A stretch of 63,056 nt of DNA, filler included, from Circinaria calcarea (Eukaryota): assembly GCA_051942165.1 (NCBI GenBank). It is 15 parts of 15 records of this genome, joined end to end, with 100 filler letters (N's around TTAATTAATTAA, not from the genome) between each part and the next. Parts side by side here need not be neighbours in the genome. Positions count along the whole stretch, not along the records: positions 46,339 to 50,444 come from JAVECS010002471.1; positions 50,545 to 54,650 come from JAVECS010002472.1; positions 54,751 to 58,853 come from JAVECS010002473.1; positions 58,954 to 63,056 come from JAVECS010002474.1; 11 more parts are not named here. One strand, written 5' to 3'. A program made the position numbers and the translations under genes. This document shows, piece by piece, positions 47,688 to 59,463 of the stretch. Within the stretch, counting starts at the first letter, position 1. Each line of letters opens with the position of its first letter. The notes beneath the pieces were generated by a model. The model worked only from the letters and a program-made list of their open reading frames with translations, was not told the DNA's origin and did not search any database.

Positions 47688-49810
47688 ATGAAAAGATGCC
47701 TTCACTCATTCATTCGATATAACCTCATCAGGAACGATTGCAATGCGCTCTTACTAGGCGTAAGCCCACGTACGTTCTCGTGTAAAGATCTGTTGAGTAA
47801 AGGCCGCTCCTATGCTTCAGTTTCAGCGGCAGAGCTTCAATTCGGTCAGCCGGTACATGAGACTCATCCTCACTTGCTCAAAGCGGGGGAAAGTACGTAT
47901 CTCATTTGCCCGAACAGAGGCAGTCTTTAACTTCAATGGAAACCAGTCACACCAGGCATTACCGCCCTAGAGTATTCCCAGCGTCGTTCGAAGCTTGCGG
48001 CCAAGCTACCAAAAGATGCCATTGCGATACTTGCTGCTGCCGAAACAAAGTACCGGTCTGGGGCTGTCTTCTACGACTTCCACCAAGAGACCAACTTCTT
48101 CTACCTGACCGGTAGGCACGTTACGTACTATGGAGAAGGGATATGATGCTGATGGATTTGCAGGTTTCAAGGAACCAGAAGCATTGGCTGTCATAGGTAA
48201 ATACGATATTCCAAAGACGACGGGGGGGATACGTTCTTAGCGCATTTAGGAAAGGCGACCGATGAGAGTGACCATATCTTCCATCTTTATGTCCGGGGGA
48301 AAGACACAAGGGCAGAGCAATGGGAGGGGGCGAGGTCAGGCTTGCAGGCTGCCACGGACGTTTTCAACGCGGATGAGGTACGGCCACCAACATCCGAATT
48401 CGTTAAACGACCACTGAAGAACGTACCAGACTGGCGATGTCAACCAGTTAAACAACGTTCTCCCCCCGATTATAAGTGCAGCTTCTGAGGTCTTTACCGA
48501 TATTCCTCTCAAACCAACACCTACATCCGTCTTTTCGCGCTTCTTCTCTAGCCCATCTTCAAAGAGTGAAGGCTTTACCAAAATACTTGGCTCAAGCAAA
48601 GTCCGGCCGTTGAAGCCCATCATCAACGATGTGCGAGCATTTAAGAGCGATGCTGAAATTGCCAATATGCGCTTCGCCGGCCAAGCTTCGGGAAGAGCTT
48701 TCACAGAAGCCATGCGACGGACCTGGAAGTATGAAAAAGATCTAGGGTCATTCCTGGAGTATAACATCAAACAACGAGGATGCGAGAATTCTGCTTATAT
48801 ACCTGTGATTGCTGGTGGAAATGTACGACTTCGCATCATAAGACATATTATCCTGGCTGATAGGGGTAGAATGCGTTGAGTATCCATTACGTCCGCAACG
48901 ACGATGTTCTCCGGTTAGTTGAATATTCATTTCATCTTTGAAGCAACATCATAGAGCTGATTGTAGGTAGCGACGAAGAACTTGTCCTAGTAGACGCAGG
49001 GGGAGTATGTATGCACCATTGTTCATGGTCACCGCGCCATACCCAATGTTATCTCTTCAATCCACCGTACTAACCGTCCCTTCCGATCCAGGAATACGGC
49101 GGCTACATAACAGACATAACCCGCACCTTCCCCCCATCCCACAAATTTACCCCTTCGCAATCCGACCTTTACAACGCCATCCTCGCGGTCCAGCGAACCT
49201 GTATCTCTCTGTGCCGCGCCGACGCAAACATCACTCTTGACAAGCTCCATGAGATCGCCGAAACCGCTTTGAAAGACAACTTGGTGGGACTGGGATTTGA
49301 CATGTCTGGAAAGGTTCGCAGTTGGCGTTTCTCAACAGAGAAGCTAGAATACAGGGCTGATGAGTTTCGACGCCTTTGATGACAGGCGATTGAAACCTTA
49401 TTCCCACATCACCTAAGTCACTACATCGGTCTCGACGTCCACGACACACCGGGCTACTCGAGAAAAGAACCGCTGAAGCCTGGGCATTGCGTTACTGTCG
49501 AGCCGTGAGTAGTCCCATCTACCTCCGTACCAATTGGTCGTTTTCACGGTCAGCATCAGACGGCAAAGACTGATACATCCATACCGTAGAGGCATCTACG
49601 TCCCCGACACCGACCGCTGGCCGAAGCATTTCAGAGGCATGGGCATCCGCATCGAGGATAGTATCGCGGTGCAAGAGGAACATCCGTTTGTGCTGACTAC
49701 GGAAGCTGTCAAAGAGGTAATGCATATAGCCTTTCGAAAACATATTTGTTGAAGAGACGTGCCTACTGACATTACATCAGGTCATCGACATCGAAGCGCT
49801 GCGAAGCTGA
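47688..49810 (+). CDS. ICP55: Mitochondrial intermediate cleaving peptidase 55 (Xaa-Pro aminopeptidase, M24B)
   Basis: Presequence followed by FGQPVHETHPHLL...TPGITALEY. Multi-exon. LVDAGGE, YGGYITDITRT, FPHHLSHYIGLDVHD, VTVEPGIY, GIRIED. Confidence 0.92.
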
Positions 49811-50224
49811 ACCGAAAGGTCAAGGGACAAGTTGCTTAAGCGCAATCGCCCCTCACCGTACCGGAAACTACAATTCGTCTCAGCCAGCTTTCAGCTCCTT
49901 GGAGTAGCACTCATATGTTGCGGCGCAACAATCCGAAAATCTCCTGAGTCGCTTAAAGGGCTATGCAATTGATTAGATAGTTAGCCCTCGGTTAGGTAGT
50001 GACGGAAATTGATAAGTAAAATAGGAAATCCAGAATAAAAATTGTAATTGATAAATAAGATATAAAACAATTGAATTAAGTTATCTGACTCGGAATCAAG
50101 CACAGAAACGGCAAAAGCGTTATTTGTACCCGAAGATACTTGACTCACTCTGTGGCGTCTGACGTTATCGTGGTGGTTGCATCGTACATCTACACGTGAC
50201 TTTTACATTACCTCTGAACATACA

Positions 50225-50444
50225 ATGATCAAGATGGCAGAAAGCATCACTCCCGCTTCTATCAACGATGGAGAGTATGCCAAGTTAGCATAGCGGATTC
50301 TCCCCCCTTTCTAGCTTTGCCTGTTGCTAAGCTATGCAGGCTTTTTTCTTCACCAATAGTCTCGCTCTACGTTGGTCAAGATCGTCAGTCCTTTGCCGTT
50401 CACAAGAGGCTCCTATGCCATGTGGTCCCCTTCTTCAGTAAAGC
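50225..50444 (+). CDS. BTB/POZ domain protein, 5' fragment
   Basis: After one intron: LFSSPIVSLYVGQDRQSFAVHKRLLCHVVPFFSK, a typical fungal BTB start. Confidence 0.7.
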
Positions 50445-53400
50445 NNNNNNNNNNNNNNNNNNNNNNNNNNNNNNNNNNNNNNNNNNNNTTAATTAATTAA
50501 NNNNNNNNNNNNNNNNNNNNNNNNNNNNNNNNNNNNNNNNNNNNCAAAGTGCGATGGCATGTTGTTCTGTATCGAAAGTACCTCCGCCATGGCCCGTTAC
50601 GGTGTCTGGCTGTCCTCGGAAGTGGCGGTGGTAAAGAGATTGAAGTTGAGAGGAGGTAGTATTGCCTGGGAATCCTTGTTCCCCTCCCTGTGTTTCTAGG
50701 ATAGCTAGACGTCGACGGTGATAGAAGCCTAATGACGAGCTCATCTGCAGAATCTCTCACCCGGGCGAGCTCGCTCCTCTTTCCCTCGCTCCTCTTTCCC
50801 TCGCACCAGGAGATTCCTCTTGTTCAGAGTCTGGTAGAGATGAGGACGAGCGACTTTTTGTCTCTCAACCTTGGCACGAATGATAGTCAATTGACCAAGG
50901 TCGTCATTTGAGTTGGTGGAGATGCAATGATCTGCACGGTGAATTGAATTGCAGAAGCGGCGGGCGCGGGATGCTCGAGCGTTTGGTGGGGAAGCGGAAG
51001 AGGCACGAAGTTTTCCTTCAGCCCAACTCTATGGTACGGATGCAATGCAAACAGAGAGATTGAGGGAGGAGTAATGCAAAGGATGGGCCTGAAGGCGAAG
51101 GGGAGCGTATTATCTGTTTGATGAGGGGTGGGGATCCGTTCAACTGGATGCAGGCAATGGAGACTGGAGACTGGAGATTATTCTTCGAGTCCTGATAAAG
51201 CTGCCGGATCCCTGCTACGCTCGCGTATACCTTGCATAGCGCCGACTCCCGAGTGACTTGCTATCAGTCAAGTTTTCTCCGTCCACGACCACGTCCAGGT
51301 CCAAAGCTGGAGGACCAAAAGGGCCAAGCAACGAGCAAACAACCTGACCCCATCTCCAGCCAAGAAGTAATAATAAGACTTCCTATCCTGTAGCTGCTAC
51401 GCCAAATACCGCTCTGCTACGGCACCCATACTCGGCCCTACAAAGATACCAGCGAAGCACGATGAGGGAGCGTGGCTTCCGCCCGGCCCTTACTGGTACG
51501 CTGGAGTCAGAGCGCACGACTACAAGTCCAAGTCCCAATGAACTCGGATGGCGCTGTTCGTCACGCCCTACGGAGGACACCGGAAGCATTGGTATTCTTC
51601 TTTCGAACCCTACCGGCCTTTCCGTTGTGGTGGGCCTGACGAAGTAGTCGGGTTTGGGTTTTCGATGCGGTAGCTTGGCCCATCAACAGATACCGGAGTA
51701 AGCTATTGGTGGCAATAGTCACTTGCAAAGCTTTTCACATGAGATACCCTCCTTCCCTCCACCCTTTCCTCTCCTTTTCCCAGCATACACGTATGGATCG
51801 CGAAACTCTTTCCGCTGGTCGTCAGCGCCGCCTGCGGGGCTTTCTGGGACACTATAGTTTCCAAGGGAGGACTGCATGATCGGTCGGAGGCACACACAGT
51901 CGAGATGAGCAATCAGAAATCAAAGTCCCCCAAGGTATTATCAATAAGAATTCGGTTCGGGTGAGGGTAGGTATTCATCGGCAAGAGTAGATGCAGGTAA
52001 GGCACGCAGGGATCGCTTTTTGCCTGGACAGTGCATCATGCTCTGCGGCTAGAAAATTGACCGTCAAACTACTTCGGACGGAATGGAGGGAACACGCTGA
52101 TCGGTGATGAGGCTGCCGTCAAACGGTTTCGAGGTGCAAACACAGAGAGAGACCTTTTGAATCGAAATATGGACGATTTATTCTGCCGTCCCATGATGGC
52201 GATGCTGCGAAACTTTGGTTCCGCCCCACCCACACCTTCCGGATGCAGCTCTAATTCGAGGAGCATCAATTGCAATTGCAGCTTGCGTTGCTCTCATGCC
52301 ATGCGTTCTCCGCATTGACCACATGCAAACTCCGTTACGCTCCTCCTGCATCCAGAGAGTTTTGGTGGCGTCAGGGGTTCCCCTTGAGAAGGCCGGCAAG
52401 CTGCAAGCGCGTTGCTATGAGACGATCGCTGTCGACCTCTTATCGGGCTGGTGTGACATACACGTTGTTGACGTGCCTTTTGACAGATTGCGCCATCCCG
52501 CATCCTTTTGCATTTTCTGGAATGCATTCACATGTTTCTCCTCACACCACACAGGAACTCCGACCCTTTGTTGAGGCTCCAGTCTGCAGCTTTAATAGTA
52601 CCCGTACCCTGGAACCGCATCGTGATAATGCAAAAATGTCCGAACTCGGGCTTACAAGTCGAAGCGATAGATTGCGCATTATACGGGTATCGGCATCTCA
52701 AGACAATAGGAAGACTCTGCAACCCAAGGTTCGTGATCGTACAATGATACTGCCCGAGTCATTGTGACGCAGTCCTGTTCCACTGCGGTTCATGATAGCC
52801 TGAATACTACCCTCTCTTTCTATATCTTTACAGAGTAGCCTGACCTTCTCATTCCACAATCATGCGACAAGGATGACTTCGAATGCTCATCAATCTAATG
52901 AATCCTAGAATCATCATTTGTCAAAGCCAGCACGAAGACCCATACCCATGCCGAGATTGATTGCGACTGTAACCCCAGTTCGTTATCCACGATTGCGGGG
53001 CACCCTGACATGAGGTCTCACAGGACGATTCATTCGCTCAGCAATCAACATTGACAGAATAACCCAGCGACCAGGAGTTCTCTTTGGCGGGAAGACAAAG
53101 AAAGCCCATCTTCCCCCACCTGCGACCAGATTTCAATTGCCAAGAAACCGAGTCTCCAATCTTTGCTTTGCATATGACTGTGCAATACAGTCCGCTACGT
53201 CAAAAGTCCTCGCGGTCCCACCATTCTATACCAAAACCCGTTCATCTCAGAAATCTACATCACGTATCCCAAGGCTTTTGATAGCAGTAACAGTATCCGG
53301 CCGCGCGCATGAAACAGTTCGATATGTTAAAACTCGGGGCAGAACCTCACTACGATAAATTTCCAGTAATACCTTTAAAAACATATATATTGAAAATTCC

Positions 53401-54607
53401 AAATTGAGAAAATTGTAGAACCTGTGATTCGTTGATTCATTAAAGAAGCTGAGAATTTTAAAATGCTCGTAAAGGGTATTATTACGCAGCTAACTGAAAA
53501 GTACAAGTTTTGGTATAAAATGAGGGGAACGCGAAGATTTTCTGACATAGTAGTGTCAGGCCTAACTACATCCCCTGCTTTTCTGCATGCCATTCGGTTT
53601 AATGTGCATCGAGAGGGCAATTAGCCATTATCCTTATCGCAGACCCGAGACAGTGACCTGGGACCAACGTTACACCCGTCGCACGAGAAATTCCCCCGTC
53701 AAATTTGGTGTGGAACGTTTGGGGTGGGCAAGAGGCTTATCTGTACCGTTTATCTGCATCCGTTATCTGAACCCTGCAGGATCCCATTGCAGGCGCCACA
53801 ATGTCCTTTCCTTCGACTAACCCATGCCAATGCACTGATTTGCACGTAGCTTGGGCTGAGGACCTCTCGGCGAGCTATCACGTCGACATCCACACGATAT
53901 CATTGGACCATTGCCAACCGGTTCAGTTCCCGCCAATCAGCAACCTCGAGTCGGAGAGGGCAACGGTGAACCATCCTGATTCGGTTTGATCGGAGCAGTC
54001 GTTTTCATAGATCGAGAAGCTTGACATGACCTATCAACCCAGCTCCCGAGAGGAAAGCCCTCGCCATGGCTCAAGTTGTATTGACTCCAGTGATGTGACT
54101 CCCGGCGGCGCATGAGAATTGAGACGGTGGATACCACCCGAGGCTTATGCTCATCTTTTAGCTGTGCTAACAAACCGTAAACCTGTTGCTTATGATTGTA
54201 GCTTTCGTATTGTTGGTACACCTTGCGGCCAGAAGATCAATCTAAAGGAATCAGACTCTACTTCCGTAGGTACAAGAGGTACCTCCCTTTCGATATTCCC
54301 TCGCCGGTTTCGGCTGTCTCTAAACTGGACCGGGCCACTCGGGTGTAGGTAATCCGCATGGCGGGATTGCGGGAACCAATCTCCCTAGCGGTCGATCATA
54401 AACGGCCCCTTCCACGATCGCGCCGAGCGCGCTTGCACTTTGGAAAGACGGCAGAGGACGGGGGTTCGTGCGTACATAACCGTGTGTGCTCTTCCAGTCA
54501 TGCAGTTGCAGAGTGGACGTTTGATGGGGTCATTCAGTGGACCATGAGTGACTCTGGATTCTTACCCGTTACCGCATCTCCCATCTACTCCAATCCTCAC
54601 CCTCAAC

Positions 54608-54650
54608 ATGGAAGGCGTTGGCGTACAGGACCTTGTGCAGCGCCTTGGGA
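54608..54650 (+). CDS. Possible first codons of a gene (resembles the fungal ELMO/CED-12 N-terminus)
   Basis: CAAC-ATG context and MEGVGVQDLVQRLG before the contig end. Only 14 codons are visible. Confidence 0.25.
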
Positions 54651-54750
54651 NNNNNNNNNNNNNNNNNNNNNNNNNNNNNNNNNNNNNNNNNNNNTTAATT
54701 AATTAANNNNNNNNNNNNNNNNNNNNNNNNNNNNNNNNNNNNNNNNNNNN

Positions 54751-55581
54751 GTCCGGAGTGCCGTTTGATACGAGCATCTTCTTTGAGAAATCCTGTTCCG
54801 TATGTACAGGTGGGAGACCCGGTAGATCCAGAAATTCCCATATAACTCCCCATAGATCAGCCGAGTCTTGCCGCATCCTGATGATCTCGTCTTGAAGCTC
54901 AGAATCCGAGATTCTGACAGCATTAGGTTTAAGAACTTCGCCTTCATCCCTTGCCGCGCGTTGCAAAGTGGCTAGTTTTCTTCTCTTCAACCAAGCTCGC
55001 AGGTATTGGCGAAATGCAGCCCTGCGCTTCTTGATCTCCTTTACCACGTAGTCATGAAATTCACCTTCCGTCTTGCCAGCGAGCCAAGGCCCTCTGTACT
55101 TCCATCGCCTGGTGTCGGCGGGGGTTTCCCTGCTAACATGGGTGCTATGGAGGTGCTTCTCAAACACGCTTGATGCTGGAGCCTGGACGTACATTAAGCT
55201 TGCACGGTGGGTTGAGGATTGCATTGATAATGGTATGGCCATTTCCTGCCATTTTCGCAGAGTAAGAGCATGATCGGCCGCCGAATCAAAATCTGTAATA
55301 TGGTCGATCGAATCGATTGCCGTGATACGAATGATTGGCGTGGTCGTTTTCGCTGTTGACTGCTGCGGTAGGGGACGTTTGAGACCCCAATCGCCTCGTG
55401 ACAATGATGACTGGGTTGTTTCTATAGCGGCATGGGTAGGGTATGGTAGAGTAGCCGTCTCGGAGGCATGGCCAGTTGGGCCTGTAATGTCATGACTTGG
55501 TCGCGGTAGAGGCGGTGGTAGTGAGAATAATCGAGAGTGCCGTAGTAGGTTTGCAGTGGGAGACAAATGCTTTGATGCCAT
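54751..55581 (-). CDS. MRP51: Mitochondrial small-subunit ribosomal protein MRP51 (bS1m); 3' truncated
   Basis: LLRHSRLFSLP, PYPTHAAI, SLSRGDWGLKRPLP, IDHITDFDSAADH, RWKYRGPWL. Confidence 0.88.
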
Positions 55582-55995
55582 GGCCTTTCATCTGTCTTTC
55601 CTCTTGTTCACAACAGTGACAGCCACAGAAGTCTTGTCGAGCAGCAGAGTCTGACGTTGTTGTTGATGGCTTTACGATCGAGAACCAAAGTGGAAGCTCC
55701 AGATTGGTACAAGCTCAAATTCTTGGATAGGCTTAGCTTCTCAAGGTCTGATTATCTAAGGTATATGCCGGCATTTAGGCAATATCAACCTCCTTTATTC
55801 CCTTACGTCCGAGAGGGCTGCAGCGATGATGGGAGACAATGGTGGATACGGAGTTATCCAGTCACCCATAAGCCTACGTATCTTCGATTCCCTACTCAAT
55901 ATGCCATTCATCTTTCGCCCGCTGTCGAATTTGTACGTCTACGAGGATCCTGACCGAGGAGCGGGCAGAGAAAACTGTCTTGCTTTGCAATTACG

Positions 55996-57792
55996 ATGTC
56001 CGATAAGAGGTCCAACTTACAATCTGATAACAAGAGAGCATATGCCGTAATTTCTCGTGAAAGTTCTCAGCCTCGTCGACCAGAGTCTTCAAACGCTGAG
56101 ATTAACCATGAAGAGACATGGAAACCCCGAGATCAAGTTGAAAATCTACAGGAAGAGATCTTGGGTTTGGAAGATGGCGCAAATGCCCTGGCCGAGCACG
56201 AGGTTGATAGCCTTGAAACCGTGGATCGAACGTTAAGTTGGCGACCGCCATACTCGGTATTTAGCAAGGGTAAGAAGCACTACATCGTCTTCATTGTGGC
56301 ATGGGCAGGACTCTTCTCCCCGCTCTCCGCCAACATCTACTTCCCAGCCCTCAACACACTCACCAAGGAATTGAGGGTTTCCAATGAGCTGATCAATCTA
56401 ACCCTCACTTCGTATATGATCTTCCAAGGACTAGCTCTTACCATATTTGGCGATTTGGCCGATATGGCAGGAGACGACCAGCCTATATTATTGGATTTGC
56501 TATATATATCGGAGCAAACATTGGACTGGCCATACAGAATAGCTATGCTGCATTGTTTATTCTCAGGTGCCTGCAGAGCTCCGGCAGCAGTGGAACGATA
56601 GCATTGGGAAACGGGGTGGTAGCCGATATTGCTTCAAGCTCCGAACGAGGGATCTATGTTGGCTTTGCTACATCCGGACCCATGATCGGACCTGCAGTTG
56701 GACCCAATTATTGGAGGCATTCTATCTGAATTCCTGGGCTGGAGAGCCATCTTCTGGTTCTTGACTGTCATGGCCGCAGTTTATATGCTCCCATTTCTTA
56801 TAACTTTTCTAGAGACGGGATGAAATGTCGTCTCCAATGGCTCCATATCCCCTCAGAGTTGGAATATGTCTTTGCTTAATTATTTGGAGACACGCAAGAT
56901 TAGCCATAGCGACACGCTTAGCCGCACTGTTTCAGCCCAGGAAAAACGAGCAGCCCAAGTACAACTTGCCAAACAGCGGAAGTTGAGATGGCCTAATCCT
57001 CTGAAAATAATCCACATCATTCTGGAGAAAGATGTCGGCATGCTACTGCTATACAACTCCTTGGTTTATACTGCCTTTTATGATGTAACGGCTACCATCC
57101 CAAGTCTATTCGCTGAAATCAACGGTTTCAACAATCTACACATCGGGCTCGCCTTTATTCCGTTTGGCGTGGGGTGTGCTGTTGCTTCGATTCTATGTGA
57201 AAAACTCATGGACTACAACTACAAGCGGATAGCGAAGGCTGCCAATATCACAATTGATCGCAAGCGCGGAGAAGACATGAAGGACTTTCCGATTGAGAAG
57301 GCTCGAATCCAAGTAATTTGGCCGTTGTTGTGTACTGGAATTGCAACTATACTGTGTTATGGCTGGGTTCTCGAGAAGGAAGCGCACCTGGCAGCGCCTC
57401 TGGTCTTGCAACTCATCATGGGAGTATGTCTCACAGGTGCTTTCAACATCATGAGCACTATGCTCATAGATTTATACCCTCTCACTCCCGCGACAGCAAC
57501 CGCTGCAAACAATCTGTTACGCTGTCTGATGGGAGCTGCTGGTACTGCTGTTATCATACAGATGATCAATGGGATGGGTCGTGGTTGGTGCTTTACGTTC
57601 ATTGCAGCTGTGATATTCCTCACGAGTCCCTTGCTGTGTGTTGAACTCAAGTGGGGTCATGGATGGAGGGAAGAACAAAGACTCAGGCTGTTGAAGCATA
57701 AAGAAGAGAGAGAGATGAAGCGAGTGGATGTTGAAGCACAGCAGCACGCCGAGGCAACCCGTGCAGCCGCGGTAATGGAGGAAAAGATCTAG
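55996..57792 (+). pseudogene. MFS drug:H+ antiporter (DHA1/QDR-like) pseudogene
   Basis: [52 protein letters not shown]. Lesions: 1-nt deletion near 56471, 1-nt insertion near 56706, in-frame TGA at 56821-56823. Confidence 0.9.
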
Positions 57793-58279
57793 GCATGGTC
57801 TTGTACATACTTAGCGATGGCATCCAAAGGGATCAAGAGGTCAAATTAGATCTCCGTCTCGGTTATGAGTTTTGAGATAGAGATATTTCATTTTGATTTC
57901 AAGAAAACCTTTTATCCTAATCATATATATCTAGAGGAACAAATGGTATCAGCTGTATCTTACATATCTGAGTAACCATTCTCTAACAATGCTCGTCACA
58001 TTAGTACGTTGGGCTAAGAAAGCAGAGACTGAAGTACCTTAGTCCTTCACCCTGATTTGTGATCTACTTTGAGGATGAATAATGCTCCACGAAGCAAATA
58101 GTTTATTAGATAACATCGGACATCATGATCTTGGAGTCCAACCACTTTCAGCCCTACGCAAGCCGCAAGGACTGAGGCTCCACATTCTCACCTTTCGTCA
58201 TTCCAGACCTTGCAGCATAAAAGCCTGAACAAGAATTGACCTTGCTGCTACTATTCCGCTGGTAAATTAGGCTCGTTTA

Positions 58280-58853
58280 ATGGCCGACATAACTCCAGAC
58301 TTCGATGAAGCATTAAAGAAACATGAGGTCCACGTCCGGCGTTCTCGGCGCCAACGCTCACACATTTCCGACGAGTTTCTCAAAGAAGCATATCGATTAG
58401 TATGTTCCAAGACCCTAGACCATGCATGTTTTAACTAATTTGGGCACCAAAGGAAGCTCATATATCTTCCCTTCATACCTATCTTCGCTCCATACGTCAA
58501 TCCTACCTCTCCACATCACTACCGCCCCGTCGAACCCCCTTGGCCCGTACCAGTTCGTCTGCCTCCGAGCGTACATCCCACCACCATCAATCAGTTAAGG
58601 ATCGCAAGTATTTTACAAACACTCAGCGGGATCAGATTGATGCCGAATGCAAAAGCACCCTTCGCGACCTCAACGCTGGAATCCGGCAGCTCGCAGAAGT
58701 AGAGCAACTCAGAAGAGACACGGAGACGACACTCGCGAGAAAAAAGCGAGCCCGGAAGGGTTTCGGAGTATTGGGAAGATGGGCTGCGGGTGGAGCCGGA
58801 GAGCGGGAGACGAAGAGTCTGGAGGAGGAGTTGGAAGATGCAATGCAGAATAC
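58280..58853 (+). CDS. UFE1: Syntaxin-18/Ufe1 ER t-SNARE, 5' part
   Basis: MADITPDF...DEFLKEAYRL-intron-EAHISSLHTYLRSIRQSYLS...TNTQRDQIDAECK. Confidence 0.85.
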
Positions 58854-58953
58854 NNNNNNNNNNNNNNNNNNNNNNNNNNNNNNNNNNNNNNNNNNNNTTA
58901 ATTAATTAANNNNNNNNNNNNNNNNNNNNNNNNNNNNNNNNNNNNNNNNNNNN

Positions 58954-59463
58954 ATCTCCCTTCAAGCATGTTAGTTCGGAGATTGCATCACCAACCGCAC
59001 TCCACCGATGAAAAGATACGCACCACATTCCGGCGAGCAGCTGCACCAGCCCACCATACCCAAAGGCAATACCCACAACGAGATTCGGTGCTGGAATGCC
59101 CCTCGTTCCCAGGTTGATCAAACTCAGGACGAATGTCGTCAGTGCGAATGCACTCAGACCCAACGGCGCAGGGTTGGCAAACTTCCTCCCTTCGACGGAC
59201 TTGTACGTCCCGGGTTGGAATTCACCTCCAAATGCTGGGAGGCGAGACTCTTTGCTGTTGACGTGTGCAAGAGGACCGTATCCGAAGCGAGCGGCGGCTT
59301 TGGCAGTCTGGTGCTCCTCATGGGTCATCTGGCGGGTGATGTCGTCATGATTGTTGTGGCCATTGACGGCGTGGTTACCGGTGCTGGAGGAGGAGTTGTA
59401 CTCTTTGTTGAGGTCATCGTGGAGATGACCAGCGTTGTGCTCTTGGGCTGTGGTCATGGCCAT
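58954..59463 (-). CDS. GPR1/FUN34/YaaH (Ady2/AcpA) acetate transporter, 5' part
   Basis: [25 protein letters not shown] and [12 protein letters not shown] signature motifs. Confidence 0.95.
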
